The notes under the pieces were generated by a model. It worked only from the letters and a program-made list of their open reading frames with translations, did no database searches and was not told the origin of the DNA. Shown here in pieces: positions 47,601 through 56,427 of a stretch of 64,000 bases of DNA (its first letter is position 1; every line of letters begins with the position of its first letter). The DNA is from Pirellulales bacterium. Its GTDB lineage: Bacteria > Planctomycetota > Planctomycetia > Pirellulales > JAICIG01. Position numbers and translations under genes: made by a program. The stretch lies in the NCBI GenBank assembly GCA_040901675.1, contig JBBDYJ010000010.1:234599-298598 (forward strand), in the 5' to 3' direction.

Positions 47601-49816
47601 TCCGTGTCGGCCGCGTAAAAAATCTCCGGAGCGCAAGAGACCAGAACGCCGTCGCGCCATGGCATGACTCCGGACGGATAGCCCAGGCCGTCCAGAAACA
47701 GGGTCGATTTGTCGTAGCGGCCATCCCGGTCGGTGTCCTCCAGAAAGCGCACGCGTCCGCCATGCTTGCCCTGACCGTCGATGCCCAGCGGCCCGTCGAT
47801 GCCCAAAGGATAGTCGGCCATCTCGACCACCCACAGCTTGCCGTCGGCGCCCCAGGCAAAGGCCACGGGATCCATCACCAGCGGTTCGGCGGCCACCAGC
47901 TCGATCTCGAAGCCGGGCCTGGGCCGGAACGAACGCAGTGCCGCCGAGGGCGACTTGGCCTGCGGTTCGACGTCCCGCAGCATGTCGTCCAGCGATCGGC
48001 GAAACACCAGGTCCTGCAGCCGGTCGGTGTTCTCGTTCTGAATCCAGAGGTGCCGCGAGTGGAACCAGGCGCCTTGATTCGTCCCCGCCAGGACAAAGGG
48101 CGGAATCTCGTTCTGCTCCGGGCGCTTGCCGGCCAGCACCTGCCGCGGCCAGCCTTCGTCGATCGACGTGAACAGGTGCAGCGAGTAGCCCGATCCGTCG
48201 GAAAACATCAAGTCGTCGTGGCCGTCTTCGTCCACGTCGACCCAGCGCAGCCCGGCGTCGCGTCCTTGACCATCGACGATGGCGGTTCCGGCCGGCAAGC
48301 CGAACGGCAAGGGCCGCCACGTTTCGTTCGTGCCGTCCCAACCGAGCACGCCCTGCCGATCGGGGCCGCCCACGATGCACTCGGCGCAACCGTCGCCATC
48401 CACGTCGCGCAGCCGGACGCCCAGGTCGCGACCCTGGTGGGCGAGGCGGACAGGCTGGCCATCCAGCTCCAGGCCGGCCAGCAATGCCTTGTCTGGCACC
48501 CAACCCCGGGCGTCGAACGTCCAAGCACTTCGAACCTCCTCGTTCGAGACCCAAAGCGACACCTGGCCGCCACGGACGACGCCGAAACGCGCGCCTGCAT
48601 CTCGGGCTGCACCGCCCGCCGCCGTCCTGGTCAGCAGCGCGGGAAAGTCGCCATCGATCCATTCACGCCGCTCGGGCGACCAGAGCCGGGTCTGGCGCAA
48701 CTGCTCGTTGCCGATCACAACGTCCAGCCAGCCATCGGTGTCCAGGTCGATGAGGCGGACGCCATTGTCCTGGCCATCGGCGGCCCGCAGCGGCTGGCCC
48801 GCCAGCAGGTGTGCGTTCAATCGGTGCTGGGCTTCGCGGAACGTGAGGAACTTGACCTTGCCGCCGTGCCGGGCGAGGGCGTGGTCGATGAGGCTGATGA
48901 CCTGGTCGTTTCGAATCCAGCCGTGGGGGTGGAACACCAGGTTGAACACACCCTGCTTGACGACCGTGGCGTCCAGGGCCGCCTGCATGTCGGCAACCGT
49001 CAGCGGGTTGTTCGGTTTTTGCAGGTGCTGGGCCTGCCAGTCGCTGGGCGTGGCACAGGGGAACTGCCAGCAGAGCCGGCCGATCACGTAGGGATACGGA
49101 TAGTTCTCGATGGTGTTGACGAACGAGCGGTCGAGGGGCAGATACTTGCGAAAACGCTCGCGGCCTTCGCCGTCGAGCACCAGCTCGCGCGGCAGTTGCG
49201 CGTCGTCGGAGGTGAGCACATTGAACACCGAGCTGTCGATCGACAAAAAGTGCCCTGCGGGCGTGACCTGGTTGAATATCTCGGCGTAGAACCGCGGGCT
49301 GGGCGTGTTGAGCGAATCGCAGCAGGGGACGCGAAAGGCGACGGCCCGGCTGCCCGGCACGCGGTTCATCAGTTCGACGCACCCATCGAATGTCGCCTTG
49401 GCCTTGTCGAAATCGCCTTTCTGGAGGAGCGGGCAAGGGTGATCCAGGCTGTGCGTTTCCAGGCTCAATCCCTCGTCGAGCCACTGCCGGAGGTGCGGAT
49501 GGGCCGGGTCGATCCGGCAGGTCATGATGCTGACCGGTGCACGGCCGTCGATCTGCTTCAAGCGCTGCAGGATCGGCCGCAGGTATTCTTCCCAGCGCTC
49601 GTGGCCGCGCATGTCGTCGATGGCCAGCACCACGACGGCCTCGACCTCCGGCTCGCCCACCCATTGCGGCGTGGCCAGCCGGGCGAAGTCGCGCGAAACG
49701 TAGTACGGATCGCTCTCGTCCAGGTAGACCAGCCGGTTAGCGTCCGCCGGCCCATCGGCCCCCGCGGCCATGGCACCGATCGACAAGATAATCAGCAGGA
49801 TGGAGCAGACGCGCAT
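44660..49816 (-). CDS. PVC-type heme-binding CxxCH mega-protein (polysaccharide-deacetylase-like, VCBS, propeller, HEAT, cytochrome c, CBM6-like)
   Basis: LAIDD..ETHSLDHP; D.D.DG..D repeats; LVAAEPLVMDPV, WVADMYRAVIEHP; CASCH..VGPD; SLMPEGLE; TGNWDTY. Confidence 0.9.
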   Translation of the reverse strand: MRVCSILLIILSIGAMAAGADGPADANRLVYLDESDPYYVSRDFARLATPQWVGEPEVEAVVVLAIDDMRGHERWEEYLRPILQRLKQIDGRAPVSIMTCRIDPAHPHLRQWLDEGLSLETHSLDHPCPLLQKGDFDKAKATFDGCVELMNRVPGSRAVAFRVPCCDSLNTPSPRFYAEIFNQVTPAGHFLSIDSSVFNVLTSDDAQLPRELVLDGEGRERFRKYLPLDRSFVNTIENYPYPYVIGRLCWQFPCATPSDWQAQHLQKPNNPLTVADMQAALDATVVKQGVFNLVFHPHGWIRNDQVISLIDHALARHGGKVKFLTFREAQHRLNAHLLAGQPLRAADGQDNGVRLIDLDTDGWLDVVIGNEQLRQTRLWSPERREWIDGDFPALLTRTAAGGAARDAGARFGVVRGGQVSLWVSNEEVRSAWTFDARGWVPDKALLAGLELDGQPVRLAHQGRDLGVRLRDVDGDGCAECIVGGPDRQGVLGWDGTNETWRPLPFGLPAGTAIVDGQGRDAGLRWVDVDEDGHDDLMFSDGSGYSLHLFTSIDEGWPRQVLAGKRPEQNEIPPFVLAGTNQGAWFHSRHLWIQNENTDRLQDLVFRRSLDDMLRDVEPQAKSPSAALRSFRPRPGFEIELVAAEPLVMDPVAFAWGADGKLWVVEMADYPLGIDGPLGIDGQGKHGGRVRFLEDTDRDGRYDKSTLFLDGLGYPSGVMPWRDGVLVSCAPEIFYAADTDGDGRADLRRTLYKGFGEGNQQHRVNGLRWGLDNWVYCANGDSGGEIESVQTGRRVAIGGRDFRIRPDEGLIDPQSGQTQFMRERDDWGNWFGSNNSNPMFHFVLADHYLRRNPHLPSPGATVQVSEAPGAAPVFPVSRTLPRFNDFNAANCFTSACSSIIYRDDLFGPEFAGNSFVCEPVHNLVHREVVSAKGVTFTSRRAPDEQQSEFLASTDHWFRPTMVRAGPDGALWVADMYRAVIEHPEWIPQEWQERLDLRAGHDKGRIYRVYPSGRKPRGFPRLDRLDTAGLVAALDSPSGWQRDMAQQLLVHKRDRQAVALLEAMLADAGRPPQARLHALCTLDGLDALAVPLLRTALADPHPGVRRHAVRLSERWLDESPELAGLVAGLADDADPQLRVQVAYSLGEWHAPAAGTALARLALSCRGDVYATAAVLSSVGGHNLAQTLRGVLAAGDDKQVVAGLLEQLLSLAAALDHQQALSLGLAAIAEPADGDYAAWQFRALSGLLDALDRRQVSLADLRDRSANELQASLDRLSNVFAAARRLIAEPAASDEDRLLAIGLLGRENERRQDDVETLVALLNPQTPGRLQSAAVAALARLNLDNAPQLLVAGWSSYGPELRGQVLDVLLARRNWLDALIEQLAEGRILAADLDAARAQRLLGHEDERIRLRAAELLAGTATDRRHVLEEYQSALRMSGDIERGAAVFKKSCASCHRLGDVGHPVGPDISALSDKSPESMLVAMLDPNRAVEAKYVSYTAQTTAGLTYTGMLKAESGNSITLLAADGKQTELLRSELEELQGSSKSLMPEGLEKDVGPSEVADLLAYLGSIRPPRRRFEGNQPELVRPESLRGEFWLLASQAEIYGSTLVFEPQYGNLGYWQSADDHAVWSFEVERPGRYAVSIDYACADETAGNLFVVETAGQRLGGKASGTGNWDTYRQVQLGHVELEAGRRQITVRAEPGLAGFLFDLKAVRLQPEAR

Positions 49817-49817
49817 C

Positions 49818-49976
49818 GGAACTTAGATCTTGGAATTTGGAACTCGGGACTCGGATCTTAGAACTTGAATTTAGAGCTTCCGTCTCGCCCCTTCCCCCCT
49901 TCCCCCCTTCCCCCCTTCCTCCGTCTGCCTTCTGCCTTCTGCCTTCTGCCTTCTGCCTTCTGCCTTCTGCCTTTCT
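49818..49976. repeat. Three abutting tandem arrays: (GGAACTT-like)n, (CCCCCTTC)n, (CTGCCTT)n
   Basis: Fill almost the entire intergenic gap. Confidence 0.9.
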
Positions 49977-49980
49977 CCTA

Positions 49981-50970
49981 TCACCACTTCCAGCCGGATC
50001 GGACCTGCGGGTTGACGACGCAGACTTCGGGCCAGCGGCCTTGATGCAGGTCGACCAGGCACTGCGCAGCGAGCGATCCCATGTCGCGCTCGGAATCGTG
50101 GTCCAACCCGCCCATGTGGGGAGACAACAGCACATTGTCCAGCTTGAGCAGCGGGCTGTCCAAGGGCAAGGGCTCGACCTTGAAGACGTCGAGCCCCGCG
50201 GCGAACAAGTGGCCGCCGGCCAGCGCCTTGACTAAGGCGTCTTCGTCGACCAGGCCGCCGCGGGCCGTGTTGATCAGCACGCTGCCCGGTTTCATCCGGG
50301 CCAACGTGCGGTCGTTGATAAGGTTGGTGGTTTCGGGCGTGCAGGGCGAGTGCAGGCTGACGACGTCGGCCTCCGCCAGCAATTCATCCAGCGGACACAA
50401 CCGCACGCCGTGCAGCTCGGCGAACTGTCGGTCGGGATACGGATCGCAGGCGATCACCCGCAAGCCGAGTCCCACGGCCCGCGGCACGACCGCCTTGCCG
50501 ATGCGTCCCAGGCCGACCAGTCCGATCGTCTTGCCGGCCAGCCGCGCGAGAGGCTTGCGCTCCCAGACCCCGCTGCGCACCTCCCGGTCACGGCCGGGAA
50601 AGCCTCGGTACACACCCAGCAGCAGAGCGATCGTTTGTTCGGCCACCGAGTGGTCGTTGGTGCCGGGAACAATGGTAACCGGAATGCCCAGCTCGGTGGC
50701 GGCCGGCACGTCGATGGCGTCGTATCCCACGCCCATGCGTGCGATCGCCCGCAGCTTGGCGCGGGACAGGACTTCGCGGGTGTACAGCTCGCTGCCGGCC
50801 AGCACGCCCGAAACTCCGTCCAGCTCGGCCAGCAACCGCTGGGGATCGGCCGCCGATTCGGACAAGGGCTGGCTGGGATAGACTACTTCAAAACTGGCCT
50901 GCTGCAGGATCTCGCTGTATTGGCCGGGCCGGTTACGCAAAAGATAGGGCGTGACGAGAATGCGGGGCAT
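49981..50970 (-). CDS. D-isomer 2-hydroxyacid / phosphoglycerate dehydrogenase-like
   Basis: RMGVGYDAID, GLVGLGRIG, INTARGGLVDE, GLDVF..EP, SPHMGG; no ACT domain. Confidence 0.92.
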   Translation of the reverse strand: MPRILVTPYLLRNRPGQYSEILQQASFEVVYPSQPLSESAADPQRLLAELDGVSGVLAGSELYTREVLSRAKLRAIARMGVGYDAIDVPAATELGIPVTIVPGTNDHSVAEQTIALLLGVYRGFPGRDREVRSGVWERKPLARLAGKTIGLVGLGRIGKAVVPRAVGLGLRVIACDPYPDRQFAELHGVRLCPLDELLAEADVVSLHSPCTPETTNLINDRTLARMKPGSVLINTARGGLVDEDALVKALAGGHLFAAGLDVFKVEPLPLDSPLLKLDNVLLSPHMGGLDHDSERDMGSLAAQCLVDLHQGRWPEVCVVNPQVRSGWKW

Positions 50971-51193
50971 CTTGGAGGCCGGGTGGAGAGGTGGTGGAGA
51001 CGCCGTGGGGGCCGGGAGCCAGCGGCAGTTCGAGTGCATGAACAACCCAGCGGTTGTACTCGACGGCGCGCGTGCATTCAAGCGGCGAGCGCTTGGGCTC
51101 AGCAAAGCCCGCAGCGGCGGCGCACTTGGCTTGACACCACGGACAGCAGCCGGGGAAAATGGCCACAGAGAGACGAACGGAGGAGGAGAGGCA

Positions 51194-52459
51194 ATGGCAT
51201 CTGAGCTGCTGCGGCCGCGGCTGCGTTCGTTGGAGCTGTTTCCCCTGGGCCCGCCGGAGGAATTGCTCTTCGCCCTGCGCGATCCGGAGGGCTTTGCCGA
51301 CGGAGTCGCCCTGCCTTACGCGGCGGCCATGCTGGCCACGCTGATGGACGGCAGCCGCACGCTCAGCCAGATCCAGTCTGATTTTCAGTCGCAGGCAGGC
51401 ACGGCGGTCGCGCTGGCCGACCTGGAGCAGTTCGTGGCCCGGCTGGATGCCGGTCACCTGTTGGACAGCCCGCAGTTTACCGCCCTCAAGCAATCGGCCA
51501 GCCAGGCGTTCCTCGACTCACCGGTGAGGGCCGCCGCGCACGCGGGCGCCGCCTACCCGTCCGACCCCGATGCGCTGCGCCGGCAGCTTGCCGAGTGCTT
51601 CAACTGCGACGAGGGACCCGGCATTGCCGGTCCGGATCCATCGGCCGGCGGCGGCAGCGGAAGGTTGCGGGGCGTGCTCAGCCCCCACATCGACCTCACT
51701 CGTGGCGGTCCGGCGTTCGCCTGGGCCTACCAATGCCTGGTCGAAGACGGCGATGCCGACGTGTTCGTGATCCTGGGCACCTCGCACAGCCCGCTGGCGC
51801 AAGTCTGCTCGGTGTCGCGCAAGCACTTCGCCACACCCCTGGGCACCGTCGAGACCGACGGCGAGTTCATCGATCGGCTGGACCACGAGCTGGCTTCGAC
51901 CGGCATCGCCATCGACATCTTCCAGGACGAGCTGGTCCACCGGCACGAGCACTCGATCGAGTTCCAGGTGCTATTCCTCCAGTACCTGCTCGCCGGCCGA
52001 CGGCCGTTCAAGGTCGTGCCGATCCTGACGGCATCGTTCCAGCCGTTTGTGGCCTCGGCCACGCGGCCCACTGCCTCGGCCGAGTTCACCGCCTTCGTGG
52101 CGGCGCTGCGGGCCACGGAAGCGGCCTGGCCCAAAAAGGTCTGCTACATCAGCGGCGGCGACCTGGCCCACGTGGGCCCCCGCTTCGGCGACGACTGGCT
52201 GCTGGACGAAGAGCGGCTGGCCGCCCGGGCCGACGACGACCACCGTTTGCTGGCCGCCGCCTGCGATGCCGACGCCGAGGGCTTTTTCGACCACGTCGCC
52301 CGCCAGCACGACGCCGGGCGGATCTGCGGGTTGTCGCCCACGTACACTCTGATGCAGGTGGCCGCCCCGTCGCGCGGCGAGCTGCTCAAGTATTCCCAGG
52401 CGGTGGACGAGAGCGGCACGAGCTGCGTCAGCTTCGCCAGCCTGGCCTTCTACGCGTAA
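51194..52459 (+). CDS. AmmeMemoRadiSam protein B (MEMO1 family) with N-terminal winged-helix/PqqD-like extension
   Basis: AHAGAAYP, SPHID, LGTSH, HEHSIEFQ, GDLAHVG, ICG. Confidence 0.9.
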   Translation: MASELLRPRLRSLELFPLGPPEELLFALRDPEGFADGVALPYAAAMLATLMDGSRTLSQIQSDFQSQAGTAVALADLEQFVARLDAGHLLDSPQFTALKQSASQAFLDSPVRAAAHAGAAYPSDPDALRRQLAECFNCDEGPGIAGPDPSAGGGSGRLRGVLSPHIDLTRGGPAFAWAYQCLVEDGDADVFVILGTSHSPLAQVCSVSRKHFATPLGTVETDGEFIDRLDHELASTGIAIDIFQDELVHRHEHSIEFQVLFLQYLLAGRRPFKVVPILTASFQPFVASATRPTASAEFTAFVAALRATEAAWPKKVCYISGGDLAHVGPRFGDDWLLDEERLAARADDDHRLLAAACDADAEGFFDHVARQHDAGRICGLSPTYTLMQVAAPSRGELLKYSQAVDESGTSCVSFASLAFYA

Positions 52460-52460
52460 A

Positions 52461-52512
52461 TCCTTCCACCTTCCACCTTCCACCTTCCACCTTCCTCCTT
52501 CCTCCTTGCCTT
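52461..52512. repeat. (CCTTCCA/T)n heptamer array
   Basis: About 7 units after the MEMO stop codon. Confidence 0.85.
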
Positions 52513-52584
52513 TCCATCCCGCGGCCGGCAACATAGAATCCAGCTTTCCAGCGGTCGATAGGGCCTGAGCCGGCGGAGATCGAT

Positions 52585-53844
52585 TTGGCTACGGCGTCGA
52601 AAATCCAGATCATCGGCATCGGCGACGATGGACTCGAAGGCATCACCAGCGCCGCGCGGCAGTTGATCGAGCAGGCCGAGCTGCTGGTCGGCGCCGATTA
52701 CATGCTGGCGCGGGTGCCCGCCTCGAAGGCCGAGCGCCTGCCGGCCGCCGGCAACCTCGATCCGGTGGTCCGGCGTCTGGCGGCCGCCAAGGACAAGCGC
52801 GTGGCGGTGCTGGTGTCGGGCGATCCGTTGTTCTACGGCATGGCCCGCTACCTGTGCGACAAGCTGGGCAAGGACCGCTTCGAGGTCGTGCCGCACGTGA
52901 GCAGCATGCAGTTGGCCTTTGCCCGGGTGAAAGAAAGCTGGGAGGAGGCCTACCTGACCAACCTGGCCAGCCACCCGCTCGACCACGTGGTGGAGAAGAT
53001 CCGCACTGCTGAAAAAGCAGGCCTGTTCACGAGCGAATCGTGCCCGCCCTCCGCGGTGGCCCGGTCCCTGCTCGACCGCCGCATCGACTATTTCCACGCT
53101 TACGTCTGCGAGAACCTCGGCTCGCCCGACGAGCGCGTTACGCAGGGCGACTTGCGTGAGCTGGTCGATCAGCAGTTCTCGCCGCTCAACGTGATGATCC
53201 TGGTCCGCAAACCGGGGCTGCCCGATCGTCCGAGCGAGCGGGCAGGCTGCCGGCTGTTCGGAAATCCGGACGAGGTCTTCCTGCAGTCGAAGCCGAAGAA
53301 GGGCCTGCTGACGCCCGCCGAAGTACGCTCGATTGCACTGGCCGAGATGGACCTCGGACCGACGAGCATCGTCTGGGACATCGGCGCCGGCAGCGGCTCG
53401 GTAGCCATCGAGGCGGCCCAGATCGCGCCGGCCGGCAAGACATTCGCCATCGAAATGGACGCCGAAGACCATAACCTCATCCTGGCCAACGCCGAGAAGT
53501 TCGGGGTGACCAACCTGGTGGCCGTGCTGGGCCGGGCGCCCGAGGCCTGGTCGGCGCTGCCCGACCCCGACAGCATTTTTGTGGGCGGCAGCGGCCGCGA
53601 GATCAGCCGGCTGATGGAGCTGGCGTACGAGCGGCTGCGGCCCGCGGGCCGGCTGGTGGCCAACGTGGGGAGCATCGAGAACCTGGCCGAAGTACACGCC
53701 GCGCTCTACCGGCGGACCGGCGACGTCAAGGTCTGGATGATCAACGTGGCCCGCGGCACGTACCAGCTCGAACGCGTGCGCTTCGATGCGCTGAATCCCA
53801 CCTTCCTGCTGGCCACCGTCAAGCCTGACCGGCCAAAAGCCTGA
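52585..53844 (+). CDS. cobL: Precorrin-6Y C5,15-methyltransferase CbiE/CbiT fusion
   Basis: IIGIG, SGDPLFYG, PHVSSMQLA, ENLGSPDER, WDIGAGSGSVAIE, PDSIFVGG. Confidence 0.93.
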   Translation: MATASKIQIIGIGDDGLEGITSAARQLIEQAELLVGADYMLARVPASKAERLPAAGNLDPVVRRLAAAKDKRVAVLVSGDPLFYGMARYLCDKLGKDRFEVVPHVSSMQLAFARVKESWEEAYLTNLASHPLDHVVEKIRTAEKAGLFTSESCPPSAVARSLLDRRIDYFHAYVCENLGSPDERVTQGDLRELVDQQFSPLNVMILVRKPGLPDRPSERAGCRLFGNPDEVFLQSKPKKGLLTPAEVRSIALAEMDLGPTSIVWDIGAGSGSVAIEAAQIAPAGKTFAIEMDAEDHNLILANAEKFGVTNLVAVLGRAPEAWSALPDPDSIFVGGSGREISRLMELAYERLRPAGRLVANVGSIENLAEVHAALYRRTGDVKVWMINVARGTYQLERVRFDALNPTFLLATVKPDRPKA

Positions 53845-53847
53845 AGC

Positions 53848-54681
53848 ATGACGATCGAACGTCCGGCCGCCGGCATTCTGAATCCTCAACCAGCATCCCT
53901 CTCCGAGCGGCCCGCCACGGCGGACGAACCGGAATTGGACGTGATCGCCGTCGGCGCGCACCCCGACGACGTCGAGATTGCCTGCGGCGGCACGTTGGCC
54001 CGGCTGACCCGTCAGGGCTACCGCGTGGGCATCATCGACTTGACCGACGGCGAACCGACGCCGATGTCGCCCGGCCCCGCCGTGCGGTTGGCTGAAGCCC
54101 AACGTGCCGCGGAGGTGCTGGGGGTGGCGACGCGGATCCAGCTCGGTTTGACGAATCGGCGGTTGTTCGACGACTTCGAGGCCCGCGTCGCCTTGGCCCG
54201 CGAGTTCCGCAAGTATCGCCCCAAGCTGGTGCTGGGGTTCGGCGAAAAAACGCCCTTGGCCTCGCCCGACCACTGGCAGGCGATGCAGATCACCGACGCC
54301 GCGGTCTTTTACTCGCGGCTGACCAAGTGGGACGAGCACTTCGACGGCCTGCCGGTCCACACGGTGAGCGCCCAGCTTTACTACACGCTGGCCTTCAGCA
54401 GTCTCGGCCTGCCGGCCGGCGCCGGGCACCTGGTGGTCGATATTGCCGGCACGCTGGAGACCAAGCTGGCCAGCGTGCGTTGTTACCAGACCCAGTTTCC
54501 GCCGGCCAAGGCGCACGTGCTGGAGCGGATCAAGGCCTTTGCCTTGCAGCAGGGGCAGGCCGCCGGGTTCGACGCCGGCGAGTTGTTCACCAGTCCCCGC
54601 ACGCTGGGGACCCGCGACCTGATGCACTTTCTGTTCGGGCTCGCGCCCTCCGACGAGCCCCGCAAGCCGGACATCAGGTAA
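53848..54681 (+). CDS. PIG-L / BshB1-like N-acetylglucosaminyl deacetylase
   Basis: AHPDDVE, DLTDGE, RLAEA, SPDH, YQTQF. Confidence 0.9.
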   Translation: MTIERPAAGILNPQPASLSERPATADEPELDVIAVGAHPDDVEIACGGTLARLTRQGYRVGIIDLTDGEPTPMSPGPAVRLAEAQRAAEVLGVATRIQLGLTNRRLFDDFEARVALAREFRKYRPKLVLGFGEKTPLASPDHWQAMQITDAAVFYSRLTKWDEHFDGLPVHTVSAQLYYTLAFSSLGLPAGAGHLVVDIAGTLETKLASVRCYQTQFPPAKAHVLERIKAFALQQGQAAGFDAGELFTSPRTLGTRDLMHFLFGLAPSDEPRKPDIR

Positions 54682-54730
54682 AGAGAGCTTGGAGCACGGT
54701 GTCACTGCTTGATGGGCCCAACGAGCCGGC

Positions 54731-54955
54731 ATGACGACGTACGATCCCACGCCGGCCGACCGCCCTCCCAAGGGGCAGATCCTGATCTACCGCGACGGCG
54801 CGATCCACCTGCAGGTGCGCCTCGATGGGCAGACTGTCTGGCTGCCGCAGCGGCTCATCGCGGAGCTGTTCCAGGTGAGTGTGCCGACCGTAAATGAGCA
54901 TTTGGGCAACATTTACGAAGACGCCCCTGCCGCCGCAGGAGGCGCGTCGGGTTAG
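54731..54955 (+). pseudogene. rhuM: N-terminal fragment of a RhuM-family protein
   Basis: ILIY.DG...LQVRLDGQTVWLPQRLIAELFQVSVPTVNEHLGNIYE, then ends. Confidence 0.8.
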
Positions 54956-56247
54956 TGTGCCTGGCCGATGGCATAGAGGCTGTTGGCCGAACGCAGGAAA
55001 ATCTGGCCCCGGCTGATGGCGGGCGAGGCGTAACACTCGTCACCTAAGGCGTTCTTCGAGACCTCCTCGAACTCGTCCGACGGCTTCACGATGGTCATCA
55101 CGCCGTTGTTTGCCAGGAAATAAGCCAGGCCGCCCGCGGTGACCAGACTGGCACTGTAGTGCGGGCCGATGCGCTGCCGCCAGGTGCGGCGGCCGGTCCG
55201 GGCCTCGAAGCAACTCGCGATCCCCTCGTCGGAAACGACCAGAAAGTAGCCGCCCACCGCGATCGGCGAGGGAACGTACGAGCAGTTCTCGCTCGTGCGC
55301 CAGGCAATGTGGGTCTTGGTCACGTTGCCGCGGCCGTCGGGCCGGATCGCCAGCATGTGCTTGTCCGGGTAGCCGGCCGTCATGAACAACAGCTCGCCGT
55401 TGTAGACCATCGAAGCCACGAACTGCTCGGTCGGCCCGTCGATGATCCAGTGCCGCGAGCCGTCGCGCGGATCGTAACTGGCCACCGACATCGAGCCGCA
55501 GAGGATCATGTGCGGCCGGCCGTCGATCCGGCGGATGATCGGCGTCGAGTAGCTGCGGGTCTTGTTCTCGCGCGGCACCTTCCAGACGATCTGGCCGCTG
55601 TCGCGATCGAGCGCCACCAGGTAGGCGTCGCCGTCGTGATCGCCGTTCACGATCACCTTGTTCTCGAACAACACCGGGCAACTGCAGTAGCCGTGCTGGC
55701 TCGAGAAGGGACCGGGCCGCACCAGCCACTTCCGCCGGCCCTCGTAGTCGTAGGCCGCCACCACCATCTGTCGCTGGTCGAGGAACGTGACGTAGACCAG
55801 GCGGCCGTCGGTGGCCGGCGTGCTGGAGGCGTAGCTGTTCAGCGAGTGCTTTTGCTCCAGGGGCGACCGCAGCACCGTCTGCTCCCACAGCAGCGAGCCG
55901 TCGTTTCGATCGAGGCACACCAGGAGCCGCTCCTGCTTCTCCTCCCGGCAGGCAACCAGAAAGATCCGGTCGTCCCAGATGACCGGCGAAGCATAGCCGC
56001 TGCCCGGGAGCGGCACTTTCCAGGCGATGTTTTCGCCCGTCTCGCCGTTCCAGCGGATCGGAATGTTCGGCTCGGCGCTGGTTCCGTCGCCTCGCGGCCC
56101 GCGCCATCCGGGCCAGTTCTCGGCCGACGCGGATCCCGCCGCCACGCAGGCGGCCACAAGGGCACAGGCCATCGGCCGGAACCAAAATGAGAACCAAAAT
56201 GAGATTGTCGATGCGAGCGGGCGGGCCGCCGGGGAGAGATTCGTCAT
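54952..56247 (-). CDS. PQQ-binding-like beta-propeller protein
   Basis: AENWPGWRGP, GYASPVIW, ASSTPATDG, YSTP, YVPSP, YASPAIS; start uncertain (56247 or 56172). Confidence 0.92.
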   Translation of the reverse strand: MTNLSPAARPLASTISFWFSFWFRPMACALVAACVAAGSASAENWPGWRGPRGDGTSAEPNIPIRWNGETGENIAWKVPLPGSGYASPVIWDDRIFLVACREEKQERLLVCLDRNDGSLLWEQTVLRSPLEQKHSLNSYASSTPATDGRLVYVTFLDQRQMVVAAYDYEGRRKWLVRPGPFSSQHGYCSCPVLFENKVIVNGDHDGDAYLVALDRDSGQIVWKVPRENKTRSYSTPIIRRIDGRPHMILCGSMSVASYDPRDGSRHWIIDGPTEQFVASMVYNGELLFMTAGYPDKHMLAIRPDGRGNVTKTHIAWRTSENCSYVPSPIAVGGYFLVVSDEGIASCFEARTGRRTWRQRIGPHYSASLVTAGGLAYFLANNGVMTIVKPSDEFEEVSKNALGDECYASPAISRGQIFLRSANSLYAIGQAH

Positions 56248-56427
56248 GCTGGCGATGAGGCGAGAGGGCGATGAGGCGAGGGTCGGGCGTGGAGCGTTGT
56301 TGGATTCTAAGCTGACACCATCGCCGGCTGAATGGTCAAGTAGTCTTTTCACCCGGGCGCTGCCTCCCTATACTAGACGCCTGTCTAGTACCCAGGAACC
56401 CAGCAACTAGCAACTAGCAACCAGCTC

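Noticed and set aside
52510..52585. Cobalamin riboswitch upstream of cobL
   Set aside because: The gap is too short and has no B12-box
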